Assembly (NCBI GenBank): GCA_026394055.1 | Contig: JAPKYZ010000051.1 | Coordinates: forward strand, 16,356-80,355 | Direction of reading: 5' to 3' | Length of the DNA stretch: 64,000 nucleotides | Source of the DNA: Acidobacteriota bacterium | Lineage (GTDB): Bacteria; Acidobacteriota; Terriglobia; Bryobacterales; Bryobacteraceae | In this document: in pieces, positions 11,001-19,066 of the stretch | How positions within the stretch are numbered: the stretch's first letter is position 1 | How the letters are laid out: every line of letters starts with the position of its first letter | Position numbers and translations under genes: made by a program | Notes under the pieces: model-generated | Told to the model about the DNA's origin: nothing | Databases searched by the model: none | Seen by the model: the letters and a program-made list of their open reading frames with translations, nothing else

Positions 11001-11331
11001 GGGCAGCTACGGCAACTTGGGCCGCGGCGCGCTACACGGCCCGGGCTTAAGCCAGTTGGACGTGACGCTCCACAAGCGCTTCCGCCTGACGGAACGCATC
11101 AACACGGAGTTCCGCGCCGAAGTCTACAACCTGTTCAACCGGGCCAACTTCGCCAATCCGGTCGTGCGCCTGAACAATGTGTTGGGCACGTCCGGCAACA
11201 CCCTGCAACCGGGTCAGCCCTACGGCGCCGCCACCGGCGGCACGTTTGGCCAGATTCTGCAGACGGTGGAAAGCGCGGTGGGTTTGGGTGCACAGCGCCA
11301 GATCCAGTTGTCACTCCGCGTGAACTTCTAA
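8014..11331 (+). CDS. TonB-dependent receptor with N-terminal carboxypeptidase-regulatory-like domain
   Basis: 1105 aa. Signal peptide. CarboxypepD_reg-like N-terminus ('ATLIGKVADSTGSVIPGVKIVVKNEKTGETREAESNESGNFSV'). Plug and barrel segments. C-terminal aromatic residue ('LRVNF'). Confidence 0.85.
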   Translation: MRKLKLAASLIVAAGILLAQTDKATLIGKVADSTGSVIPGVKIVVKNEKTGETREAESNESGNFSVFNLAPAPYSITATSAGMAAAEFKELQLGVGQQRSLNIVMQPQSVATEVTVSGGDLATVDTSSARVGVNVSEREVAQMPLNGRQVSQLYLLAPGAQTAGGGTYDNIRFSGRANQQNAVKFDGVEASSIIDASPGNLNGQTSSSFRLQASLETVQEFRIESSNYPAEYGTGTGGQISLVTKSGGNAFHGGLFEYMRNDAMDARNFFDGFNKSPLRLNQFGGSLGGPIIKEKLFFFGHFEGLRQRAGFPLVGQTPSTTVRNLPTCATGSTGRCIDAAIKPALGAFPLGNAGPTSNPDFDLARLNGKSVVNENSGSLRLDYRMSDKDLLYLRWFRDDGTSTAPFDVSGSAFVQTALAQNGVINWQRIISPNVINEVKFGYNGPKTRTNGVAPNVPGVDLTGVTLNISGANVLVGIGGQGASAGVSIPSGQVRASSATNGRGQPYTSYSLSYVDNLTWIKGNHNLKFGGEFRQVRMYTDRLGGTTYAFSNLSAFLANTPTITVNGDVSAPSPFNNGATGNRFGKTEMFSVYAQDEYRLRSTLTLSYGLRYEYYTPWREDRDLVVLYNTVTGTLDKPGSRPFYQTSKLAIGPRVGLSWSPEKLGGKTTLRIGGGYYYGPGQGEDLIQPIESDRVSGTVNGAKFPYDPLQFVKNFNVATATGIGVRAYAPGYRVPEKILSYTASLQQVLPGGAILQVAYVGSQGRNLFLRSIVNRVVGVTMNATTGVGTAVREFGTQFGEIDYKTTGGTDSYNSLQTTLNRRFSKGLSLGAQWTYGHSIGNSGGSNEANTATQPYNFKADRGNNAFDVRHSANITALYELPFGRGKRFGQDMSRTADLLVGGWEVGGIVNARTGLPLDIRITRPDIVYRDTRNQTIVNSPIVVNGAPVTVPVINVIGGGNSRDVRFPDVVAGVNPFLTNVTDKRYFLNPAAFATPAAGSYGNLGRGALHGPGLSQLDVTLHKRFRLTERINTEFRAEVYNLFNRANFANPVVRLNNVLGTSGNTLQPGQPYGAATGGTFGQILQTVESAVGLGAQRQIQLSLRVNF

Positions 11332-11360
11332 CCAGCCTCATCTTCGGATGATCGAACGAC

Positions 11361-11395
11361 GGACCGGGGTTAATCCTCCGGTCCGTTTTTCGTTT
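11361..11395 (+). terminator. rho-independent terminator after the TonB receptor
   Basis: GC hairpin 'ggaccgggg ttaatcc tccggtcc' followed by 'gttttt'. Confidence 0.5.
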
Positions 11396-11443
11396 GGGAG
11401 AGAAGCGCGCCTCCCGTTACCCACGTGCGCTACGCTGGTTGAT

Positions 11444-11827
11444 GGAGCCCGCCGGACGGGCAGCCGCTGAGGCGCAAGCCTTGGAGGAAAGTCCGGTCTC
11501 CATCGGGCGGCGTGCCGGCTAACGGCCGGGGGAGCGTTCTCAAAGGACGTTTTACGGACTAGTGCCACAGAAAATGTACCGCCCAGGTGCCTTCGGGTAT
11601 TTGGGTAAGGGTGAAAAGGTGCGGTAAGAGCGCACCGCGGACCCGGCAACGGGTCTGGCAGGGAAAACCCCACGCGGAGCAAGACCAAATAGGGGAGGAG
11701 CGGCGGCCCGTCGCGTTTCACTTCCGGGTAGGTTGCTAGAGCCGGACAGTAATGTCCGGTCGAGATGAATGGCTGCTGCTCGCCCGCAAGGCGAGTACAG
11801 AAACCGGCTTACAGGCCGGCGGGCTCC
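11444..11827 (+). ncRNA. rnpB: RNase P RNA (bacterial type A), rnpB
   Basis: Universally conserved RNase P blocks are present: 'GGAGGAAAGTCCGG', 'GTGCCACAGAAAA', 'GGTAAGGGTGAAAAGGTGCGGTAAGAGCGCACC', 'CAAATAGGGGAGG', 'GGGTAGGTTGCTAGAGCC', 'AGATGAATGGCTGC', 'ACAGAAACCGGCTTA'. P1 pairing: ggagcccgccggac / gg/ccggcgggctcc. Confidence 0.8.
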
Positions 11828-11909
11828 TTTTACGATCTGAGTTTTCGATGAACGTTAAGCGATCGGTGCGGCGCGCCCGGATCTCCCGGGACGCGCCACT
11901 TCCTCCGCG

Positions 11910-12308
11910 CTACTTCGAGCGCTTCGCCCAAGCAGCCTTAACTTTGGCTGCAAACTCCGCCGCCGCCTTCCGTCGGGCCGCATCATCCCCGTTCAGTGGG
12001 AATGCGTGCCACGCGATCACTTTGTTGCGTTCCACGTCCAGCAATTCCAGCCGGTGCGTCTCGTTGCGCCCGAGTTTGTGCCGGTAGATGATCTCCCCGA
12101 AAGCGGCATGCATCTTGGCCAAAGTGGCCTTCATTTCCGGCTGCTTGGCTTCTTCGACAAAATCGAAGGGTAGTTCAGCGGCCTCTAGCGCCGACTCGAC
12201 GAACGATTCGAGGCCTTCCATCCGATCGACATAGATCGTCTTGCGGGACTGTGCTTGGCTAGTAACGGCCAAGGCCAACCCCATGGTGATGACCAACATT
12301 GTCTTCAC
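11910..12308 (-). CDS. hypothetical secreted protein
   Basis: Start placed at GTG 12308, 7 nt after an AGGAGA Shine-Dalgarno. Signal peptide 'KTMLVITMGLALAVTSQAQ'. Confidence 0.45.
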   Translation of the reverse strand: MKTMLVITMGLALAVTSQAQSRKTIYVDRMEGLESFVESALEAAELPFDFVEEAKQPEMKATLAKMHAAFGEIIYRHKLGRNETHRLELLDVERNKVIAWHAFPLNGDDAARRKAAAEFAAKVKAAWAKRSK

Positions 12309-12499
12309 TGTGTATTCTCCTGAGAGTGATTTCGCTGCTTTTGTCAGGTCCCCCGTATTCAAGAGCACTCAATATTAAGCAACGTTAATATTATGAGTAT
12401 ACTGAACCTTTACGGCAAGGAAAGTTTTGGTTGATCAGCGCAGAGGAAGGCCAGAACCTGATCAACCTTCAGATTCCCGGACCGCGATACCATAAGGTT

Positions 12500-13111
12500 A
12501 TGGCGACCATGGCGCGGCCGATCGATGCGACCATCACGATGGTCCGCCCATCGCCCTACCTGTCCGACTCGGCTTTTCTCAAGCTGTGCGACCGCTGGCC
12601 GGACTACCGGCTGGAGTACGACGCTGCTGAACAGGAGGTGGTGATGGCTCCACCCACTGAGCCCGAGACCGGCGAACGCAACAGCGAGATCACCGCTCAA
12701 CTTCACTACTGGAACCGGACCCATCGCCGGGGAAGAGTGCTGGATTCCAGCTCCGGCACGCGGCTACCCAACGGCTCCATCCGCGCCGCGGACGCCTCCT
12801 GGATCGCGCGCGATCGCTTTGACCGCGCTATGGCTAAACGGGGCGATGATGCCTACCCGGTGCTCTGCCCTGATTTTGTGATTGAGCTACGTTCACCGTC
12901 TGACCGGCTGCCGCCGCTGAAGCGCAAGATGGAGGAATGGATCGACAACGGCGCTTTGCTGGCCTGGCTGGTGGACCCGATCGACCAGACCCTCACCATC
13001 TACCGGCCGGGCGCCGTGCCCGAGTGCCTTGCGGCGCCATCGTCGGTAGCGGGAGAAGGTCCGGTGGAAGGCTTTGTGCTCGACCTGACCTCGATCTGGC
13101 CTGCTAGCTGA
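12500..13111 (+). CDS. Uma2-family (DUF820) putative restriction-endonuclease-like protein
   Basis: 'PDFVIELRSPSD' PD-(D/E)xK motif typical of Uma2. Start at ATG 12500 (AAGG SD); the ORF extends to 12431. Confidence 0.6.
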   Translation: MATMARPIDATITMVRPSPYLSDSAFLKLCDRWPDYRLEYDAAEQEVVMAPPTEPETGERNSEITAQLHYWNRTHRRGRVLDSSSGTRLPNGSIRAADASWIARDRFDRAMAKRGDDAYPVLCPDFVIELRSPSDRLPPLKRKMEEWIDNGALLAWLVDPIDQTLTIYRPGAVPECLAAPSSVAGEGPVEGFVLDLTSIWPAS

Positions 13112-13345
13112 CGCGCTACGCGCAGGCTGCGGAAAAGGGTTTTACAGGGACCACTCCCTCACGGTCGTGGCTCTGTAAGTTTTTTGCAACTAATAGACCG
13201 GATCTTCTGAGCCGCGCGCGTCAGCAAGCCAAGATGTTCCTTCGGAACAACAGAAGCGATGAAAAAGCCGCTGCCGACGCCCTACGTGGAATCAAGGGGT
13301 TAGGGGTCATTTTCGAGGGAGCGGTTTCCGGCCTTTTTCCGCAGC

Positions 13346-14062
13346 CTAATAGCGCCCCGCCAGCAGAGCTCCCACCCGCGCCATCACCAGCTCGGCCGAC
13401 TGGCTGGAGCGCACCAGCTCTTGCGCTGGCACCAGTGGCCCAAAGCGCACGATCAACCGGTCCGTCTCACTGATCGCGCACGGCAGCGCGGGCAGGCCGA
13501 TCTTCCCCAGGTGAGCGATCAAACGGTCCACGCCGGGAAGAGGTTGGGTCAACTGCCCGGCCACGCCCGCCACGCCTTCCGGAAACAGGCCGATCGGCCG
13601 CGTCAACGTGGGGGCGGCTTTCAGCAGGCGGCGGATGGAGGTGGCCGTAAAGCCAGGGTTGTGTTTCGCGAAGCTCACCGGGAAGCAGTGGAGCGCGTGG
13701 GCCACCTTGGGCAGCAGGATGTCGCCGGGTGAGGGGATGGTCCAGGGTCCAAGCTTGATCGGCGGCCAGTTAGCCGTCACCACCCAATGCACGGGCGGAT
13801 TGCCGGGGCCGATCACTTCCCGGACCGCTTGCGTCACGGCGCTGGCCGAATGCAGAATCCACAGACCTTGGCGCTGGTAGTGGTTGGCCACCAGCAGAAA
13901 TCGGCCATCAACGGGAATGTGTTCCAGGCCCTGGTAGACCGGCGCCGGCACCATGCGAGCGACGGCCTGCGCCGAAAAGTCGTCCACGTCACGACGGGTC
14001 TTTTGGGCGATGTGCGGTGTCAGGCCAAACACCAGGTCCCACGGCACAGGGTATTGAATCAT
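13346..14062 (-). CDS. lysophospholipid acyltransferase (PlsC/LPLAT family)
   Basis: 'LLVANHYQRQG' (HX4D-like motif) and 'GLFPEGV' motif characteristic of 1-acyl-sn-glycerol-3-phosphate acyltransferases. Confidence 0.55.
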   Translation of the reverse strand: MIQYPVPWDLVFGLTPHIAQKTRRDVDDFSAQAVARMVPAPVYQGLEHIPVDGRFLLVANHYQRQGLWILHSASAVTQAVREVIGPGNPPVHWVVTANWPPIKLGPWTIPSPGDILLPKVAHALHCFPVSFAKHNPGFTATSIRRLLKAAPTLTRPIGLFPEGVAGVAGQLTQPLPGVDRLIAHLGKIGLPALPCAISETDRLIVRFGPLVPAQELVRSSQSAELVMARVGALLAGRY

Positions 14063-14122
14063 GCGTGCACCCGATTGGACGCCCGGAACGCGGCCGCGGA
14101 GGCAGAATCCGTCATGGCGGCC

Positions 14123-15250
14123 TTAGGCCACCTGCAGCACTTTCACCTTGCGGCCGACATGCACCGTGTGGTCACCGGGTTCGAGCGCGTGCGTCGGGTT
14201 GCGGACCACTTCCTCGCCCACCTTCACCGCCCCTTGCTTGATCAACCCATCAGCCTTTGACACGGAGGCAGCCATGCCGCCTTGGACAATGGCGCGGTTC
14301 AGACGCCGGTCCGTCACGGCGACGGTCTCCGCAAAATCAGCATCCGCATCGCCGTGGAAATCCGCGATGATGCGCTTGATCAGCTCTTCCTTCGCCGCCC
14401 GCGGGTCGGACTTGCGCGCCTCGATTTGCGGCAGCGATTCGTCGGTCAGCAGCTCCCAGTAGCGCCACATCAGGTCATCGGAGATGTTGATCAGCTTCTG
14501 CCGCATCGCGGCCGGGGCTTCCGTGATGCCGACGTAATTACCCTTGGACTTCGACATCTTCTCGACACCGTCCAGGCCTTCGAGCAGCGGCGTCGTCGCC
14601 ACGATCTGCGGCAACTGGCCGTAGTCACGCTGGATCTCGCGGCCCACCAGCAGGTTGAATTTTTGGTCAGACCCGCCCAGCTCTACATCGCACTTCAGGC
14701 AGACCGAATCGTAGGCCTGCGCCAGCGGGTACAGCAGCTCATGCACCGAAATTGGGATGCCGCCCTGGAAGCGCTTGGTGAAGTCATCGCGTTCGAGCAG
14801 CCGGGCAACCGTGTACTTGGACGCCAGACGCACCACATCGGCAAAGCCCAGCTGGTCGAACCATTCGCTGTTGAACCGGATCTCGGTCTTGGCCGGGTCG
14901 AGAATCTTGAACACCTGAGACTTGTAGGTCTCAGCGTTCTTGTCGATGTCCTCACGCGTCAGCGGCGGACGGGTGGTGTTGCGGCCGGTGGGGTCACCAA
15001 TCAGGCCGGTGACGTCGCCGATCAGGAAGATGACAGTGTGGCCCAGGTCCTGGAAGTGCTTCATCTTGCGCAGCAGGACGGTGTGGCCCAGGTGGAGGTC
15101 GGGCGCGGTCGGGTCAAAGCCGGCCTTGACGCGCAGCGGGCGGCCTTCGGCAGCCGCCGATTCCAGACGGGTGCGCAGGTCCTCTTCGCGGATGATCTCC
15201 GCAAAGCCTTTGCGCAGGTAAGCGAGTTGTTCGTCGATCGAGAGAGCCAA
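14123..15250 (-). CDS. tyrS: tyrosine--tRNA ligase
   Basis: HIGH motif 'PDLHLGHTV', 'KMSKS' motif, C-terminal S4 domain. Confidence 0.9.
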   Translation of the reverse strand: MALSIDEQLAYLRKGFAEIIREEDLRTRLESAAAEGRPLRVKAGFDPTAPDLHLGHTVLLRKMKHFQDLGHTVIFLIGDVTGLIGDPTGRNTTRPPLTREDIDKNAETYKSQVFKILDPAKTEIRFNSEWFDQLGFADVVRLASKYTVARLLERDDFTKRFQGGIPISVHELLYPLAQAYDSVCLKCDVELGGSDQKFNLLVGREIQRDYGQLPQIVATTPLLEGLDGVEKMSKSKGNYVGITEAPAAMRQKLINISDDLMWRYWELLTDESLPQIEARKSDPRAAKEELIKRIIADFHGDADADFAETVAVTDRRLNRAIVQGGMAASVSKADGLIKQGAVKVGEEVVRNPTHALEPGDHTVHVGRKVKVLQVA

Positions 15251-15282
15251 GCCTCTAGTTTAGCGGAGCTTGCCGGAATCGA

Positions 15283-16202
15283 CTATTCCGGCACCCACTT
15301 CTGCACGCGCCAGTTCTTCACTTCGGCGACATAGAGCGCACCGCGCGAGTCCATGGCCATGTGATGCGGGAAATCGAGGCGCCCCGGAGCCTTGCCAAAC
15401 TTGCCGATCTGGCCCAGCAACTGGCCATCGAGATTCACCTTGACGATGCGGTTGTTCTCGCCATCGCACATATAGATGCTGTTGTCTTTCTTGGAGTAGG
15501 CCAAGCCCCACGGTTGACCCAGGCCGGTCCATTTGCCCAGCCACTTGCCCTCCCGATCAAAGATCTGCACGCGGTTATTCGCGCGGTCGGCGACATAGAG
15601 CCGCTGGGCGGAATCGAACACCACGTCGTGCACCAGGTTGAACTGGCCGTCGCCCGGCCCCTTGATGCCCCACTGCTTGATGTAGTCGCCGTCTTTTGAA
15701 TACTTCACCACGCGCGAGTTTTCATAGCCGTCGGAGACGTAGAAGTTGCCCTCGGTATCGAAGGTCACCGACGTGGGCCGGTTGAAGGCATACTTCTCGT
15801 CGTTGTTCTCCGCCGGGCGGTTGCCGACACTGCCCAGCACCATCTTCACCCGGCCATCCAGCGAGAACTTGATCACCATGTGCCCGGCCACATCAATGCC
15901 CCAGACGTCGCCTTGCGGGTCCACCCGGAGGCCGTGCGCGGACTTGATGGGCACCTCCGTCCAAGCCTTCAAGAACTTCCCGTTCCGGTCCAGCTGAATC
16001 ACCGGGTGCGGGCCGCGGTTGAAGATCCAGACATTGTCGTCGCGGTCGCAGGTGACGCCCGTACATTCCCCCAGATTCCAGCCCGCCGGCAGTTGGGCCC
16101 AGTTCTCCACCAGCTTCATGGGGAGCGGCGGCCCGGACTTCAAGGGAGTTTGGGCAGCGGCCGAGGCCAGCATCAGGCACAACAAGACGAGAAGGCGCAT
16201 GG
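15283..16202 (-). CDS. NHL-repeat beta-propeller protein (secreted)
   Basis: Repeated 'Y(V)ADxxNxR(V)' NHL repeats ('LYVADRANNRVQIFD', 'IYMCDGENNRIVKV', 'LYVAEVKNWRVQKW'). Signal peptide MRLLVLLCLMLASAAAQ. Confidence 0.6.
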
Positions 16203-16283
16203 GAGAAAGCCTATGCCGGGGCGGGCGCCATGTCAACCATCCGCCGGCTCGCGTCTTTTTTCAACCTAGCTGGAGCGCAGCGA

Positions 16284-17390
16284 TTAAGGAGCGGCCGAAG
16301 GTTTAGGTTGATTCTGCGTGTCCGCCGTAGCCGGGGTGGCGGCCAGAGGGTTGGCTCGCTTGGCGGCCCGGGACTTGGGCCGTGGAGCGGCGGGGTCAGG
16401 CGTTGCCGGCGGTTTGGCGGCCGCGGGCTTGGTGGTTGCCGGAGTAGCCTCGACCGGCTGGCTCCCGGCCGGTGGAGCCGGGGCAGCCAGAGATTGCGTC
16501 TTCGGTGCCACGGGCTCGGTCTTGCCCGCCGCACCTTTGGCGGGTGTGGCTTTGTCGATCAGCGGCTCGACCTTGTGCTCGTCCGCCGGCCCCTTGCCCG
16601 CGGTGGCTTGCGGTTCTGCCCCCAGGCCGTTGCGATTCAGAATAATGATGTCCACGCGCCGGTTGCGGGCCCGGCCTTCCGCCGTATCGTTGGGTACCAG
16701 CGCGATGGTGTCCGCATATCCGGCGATCGCCACTTTGTTCTTCGGTACGTTGAACCGCGTGGTCAGCAGCTCCATCATCGCGATGGCGCGGGCGGCCGAG
16801 AGCTCCCAGTTGGACTTGAAGCGGGGCGTGCGGATGGGGGTGGAATCGGTGTGCCCTTCCAGACGCACCGGGTTGGGCAGAGCATTGATGGTGGCGGCCA
16901 ACTTTTGCACCATGGGGAAAGCCGTGTCGCTGATCGCGTCGTCTCCAGTGGCAAACAGCGCCGCTTCCCGCATGCTCACCATCAGCCCGCGAGGTGTCAG
17001 CTGCACCTGCAGTTTGCCATCTCGAATCTCGTCGTCCATCTGGCGGGTCAACGACTGCAAGGACGGCAGCAGTTCCGACAAACCATCCGCCACCCCGTTG
17101 CCCTTCACCTTCTGGTTCCCCAACCCTTTGGCGTTCACATCGCGCGAGCGGCCGAGAAAGCCTTCCAGGTAGACCGGCAGCACGCCGCCTTCCAGCGCCC
17201 CTTTCACCGACTCCGACACGCGCGACACCCGCTCCCGATCCACCTGCGAGTTGGCGAACATCACCACAAAGAAGGCGAACAGCAGCGTAATGAAGTCGGC
17301 ATAGGAGACCAGCCACCGCTCGTGGTGGGCGGCACCGTCCGGGGCGCGGCGGCGGCGGCCGGAACCGCGGCTGTCAGACGAGCGGGCCAC
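16284..17390 (-). CDS. motB: MotB-like stator protein (OmpA/MotB family) with long Pro/Ala-rich C-terminal tail
   Basis: TM helix 'WLVSYADFITLLFAFFVVMF'. OmpA-like peptidoglycan-binding motif ('NRRVDIIIL'). Start probably GTG 17390, overlapping the motA stop; the ORF extends to 17447. Confidence 0.7.
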   Translation of the reverse strand: MARSSDSRGSGRRRRAPDGAAHHERWLVSYADFITLLFAFFVVMFANSQVDRERVSRVSESVKGALEGGVLPVYLEGFLGRSRDVNAKGLGNQKVKGNGVADGLSELLPSLQSLTRQMDDEIRDGKLQVQLTPRGLMVSMREAALFATGDDAISDTAFPMVQKLAATINALPNPVRLEGHTDSTPIRTPRFKSNWELSAARAIAMMELLTTRFNVPKNKVAIAGYADTIALVPNDTAEGRARNRRVDIIILNRNGLGAEPQATAGKGPADEHKVEPLIDKATPAKGAAGKTEPVAPKTQSLAAPAPPAGSQPVEATPATTKPAAAKPPATPDPAAPRPKSRAAKRANPLAATPATADTQNQPKPSAAP

Positions 17391-17394
17391 GGCG

Positions 17395-18204
17395 TTAGGC
17401 TGCCTCGCGCCGGGCGGCTTTGGCCTCAGCTGGCCGGGAAACCGCACGGACGCTAATGAAAGCTTCCAGCTTCTGCCGGATCAGCTTGGGGTTCAGGCCT
17501 TCCACCAGGCCGCAGATGCCTTCGAGAATCAGGACGCAGCGGTCGGTCTCCTGCCGCATGCGGGCCTTGATCTTGGAAGCTGCCGGCAGCAGAACCACGT
17601 TGGCCAACGCCACACCGTACACGGTGGCCACAAACGCGGTGGCGATGCCGTGCCCCACCTGCTCCGTGTCGGCCAGCCGTTTCATTACTTGGATCAGACC
17701 CAGCACGGCCCCGATGATCCCGATGGTGGGCGAGTAGCCCCCGGCGGACTCAAACACTTGAGCATCCGCTTCCGCCCGGGCTTCCGCCATGTCAATTTCC
17801 AGCTCCATCATCTTGCGCAGTTCCTGCAGATCGCAGCCATCAACGGCCAGCGTCAGCGCCTTGCGCATAAAGGGGTCCGGAATCCGGTTGATGTCAGAAT
17901 CGAGCGAGACCAGGCCGCTGCGGCGGGCCTTGGTGGCAAACGTGATGATCTCGTCAATCGCCACCGCGGGGTTGCTGACCGGCTCCATCAGCACGTGCCA
18001 CAAACGGCGCAGGGCCGACTTGAGCGTGGCCCAGGGCGTCGCCACCATCACCGCCCCCGCCGTTCCACCCAGGACAATCAGAGCGGCCGTCTTTTGGAGG
18101 ATGTCCTGCAGGACGCCACCTTCCAGCACCAGTCCGCCCAGGATGCCTGCCGCCGCCAGCCCCAGGCCGCCCACGGTCGACAGATCAATACGCGCTTTGG
18201 CCAC
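17395..18204 (-). CDS. motA: MotA/PomA-family proton-channel stator protein
   Basis: 269 aa, four TM segments, MotA/TolQ/ExbB signature region 'AFVATVYGVALANVVLLPAASKI'. Confidence 0.75.
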   Translation of the reverse strand: MAKARIDLSTVGGLGLAAAGILGGLVLEGGVLQDILQKTAALIVLGGTAGAVMVATPWATLKSALRRLWHVLMEPVSNPAVAIDEIITFATKARRSGLVSLDSDINRIPDPFMRKALTLAVDGCDLQELRKMMELEIDMAEARAEADAQVFESAGGYSPTIGIIGAVLGLIQVMKRLADTEQVGHGIATAFVATVYGVALANVVLLPAASKIKARMRQETDRCVLILEGICGLVEGLNPKLIRQKLEAFISVRAVSRPAEAKAARREAA

Positions 18205-18476
18205 TACTCACCCCCTGGTGTGGCGGCTACGTCACGCGCGATCAGACGCGTCCCAGCCGAGGTTCCCGGATTATCGTTTACGCCCTCAGGCCAGGGCGTG
18301 GCTATACGTCGACGATAACTGACAATCTTGTCGATTATCTGGTCCGGTTGCTCTAGTACCATCACTTTTTGACCATTGGCCAGCGAGATGACGGTATCCG
18401 GAGTGGTCTCAATCAGCTCAATCAAGTCTGAGTTCAAGACGATCTCAGAATGATTGATGCGCGTGAGATGGATCAT
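18204..18476 (-). CDS. flbD: flagellar FlbD-family protein
   Basis: 'MIHLTRINHSEIVLNSDLIELIETTPDTVISLANGQKVMVLEQ' matches the FlbD fold. Abuts motA. Confidence 0.6.
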   Translation of the reverse strand: MIHLTRINHSEIVLNSDLIELIETTPDTVISLANGQKVMVLEQPDQIIDKIVSYRRRIATPWPEGVNDNPGTSAGTRLIARDVAATPGGE

Positions 18477-18576
18477 AACCGGGAGGTGAAGTATCAGCGG
18501 GGCGGCAAGACACTTCACTGAAGGTTATCGGCAGAATTCTGTCACTCCGATAGCATCCGGCACCGGGAATCCGGCG

Positions 18577-18996
18577 CTACTTTAGCGAATCCAGAATTGA
18601 TTGAAGTTCTTTCCGAATCTCGCTGATTAAAGGAGGGTTAGGAGCAGCAAACAATGCAGCCTGGGCCGGCTGTACCGGCTTGGCCTCCACCTTCACCTTC
18701 ACCTTGGATTTCTCCGCTTTGCCGCGGCTGGCTGCAAAATGCTGCCGCGCCCCTTGGATGGTGTAGCGCTTCTCATACAGCAGATGCTTGATCTCAAGGA
18801 TATGCTCGACGTCCTTGCGGCGGTACAGCCGGTGGTTGCTGCCGGACTTCTTCGGATCGATGATGGAGAACTCGTTCTCCCAGTAGCGCAGGACCGAAGG
18901 ATTCACCCCCGCCAAGCGGGCTACCTCTCCAATGCGGAAGTAGAGCTTGTCCGGAATCTCAGGCGAGGCGGACGGCACCAGTGTAGGATCAAGCAC
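18577..18996 (-). CDS. MerR-family transcriptional regulator
   Basis: HTH 'YFRIGEVARLAGVNPSVLRYWENEF' typical of MerR/CarA-like regulators. Confidence 0.7.
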   Translation of the reverse strand: MLDPTLVPSASPEIPDKLYFRIGEVARLAGVNPSVLRYWENEFSIIDPKKSGSNHRLYRRKDVEHILEIKHLLYEKRYTIQGARQHFAASRGKAEKSKVKVKVEAKPVQPAQAALFAAPNPPLISEIRKELQSILDSLK

Positions 18997-19066
18997 TAGC
19001 CTAGTTGTACTTCATGCTTCGCTTGAAGTCCAGCAGCCCCCCAGGCAACCGTAAATCAACCGTCTG

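Noticed and set aside
11338-12087. ORFs 11338-11721 (-) and 11752-12087 (+)
   Set aside because: They overlap the RNase P RNA gene, whose conserved blocks are unmistakable. Translations are Arg/Pro-rich with no domain.
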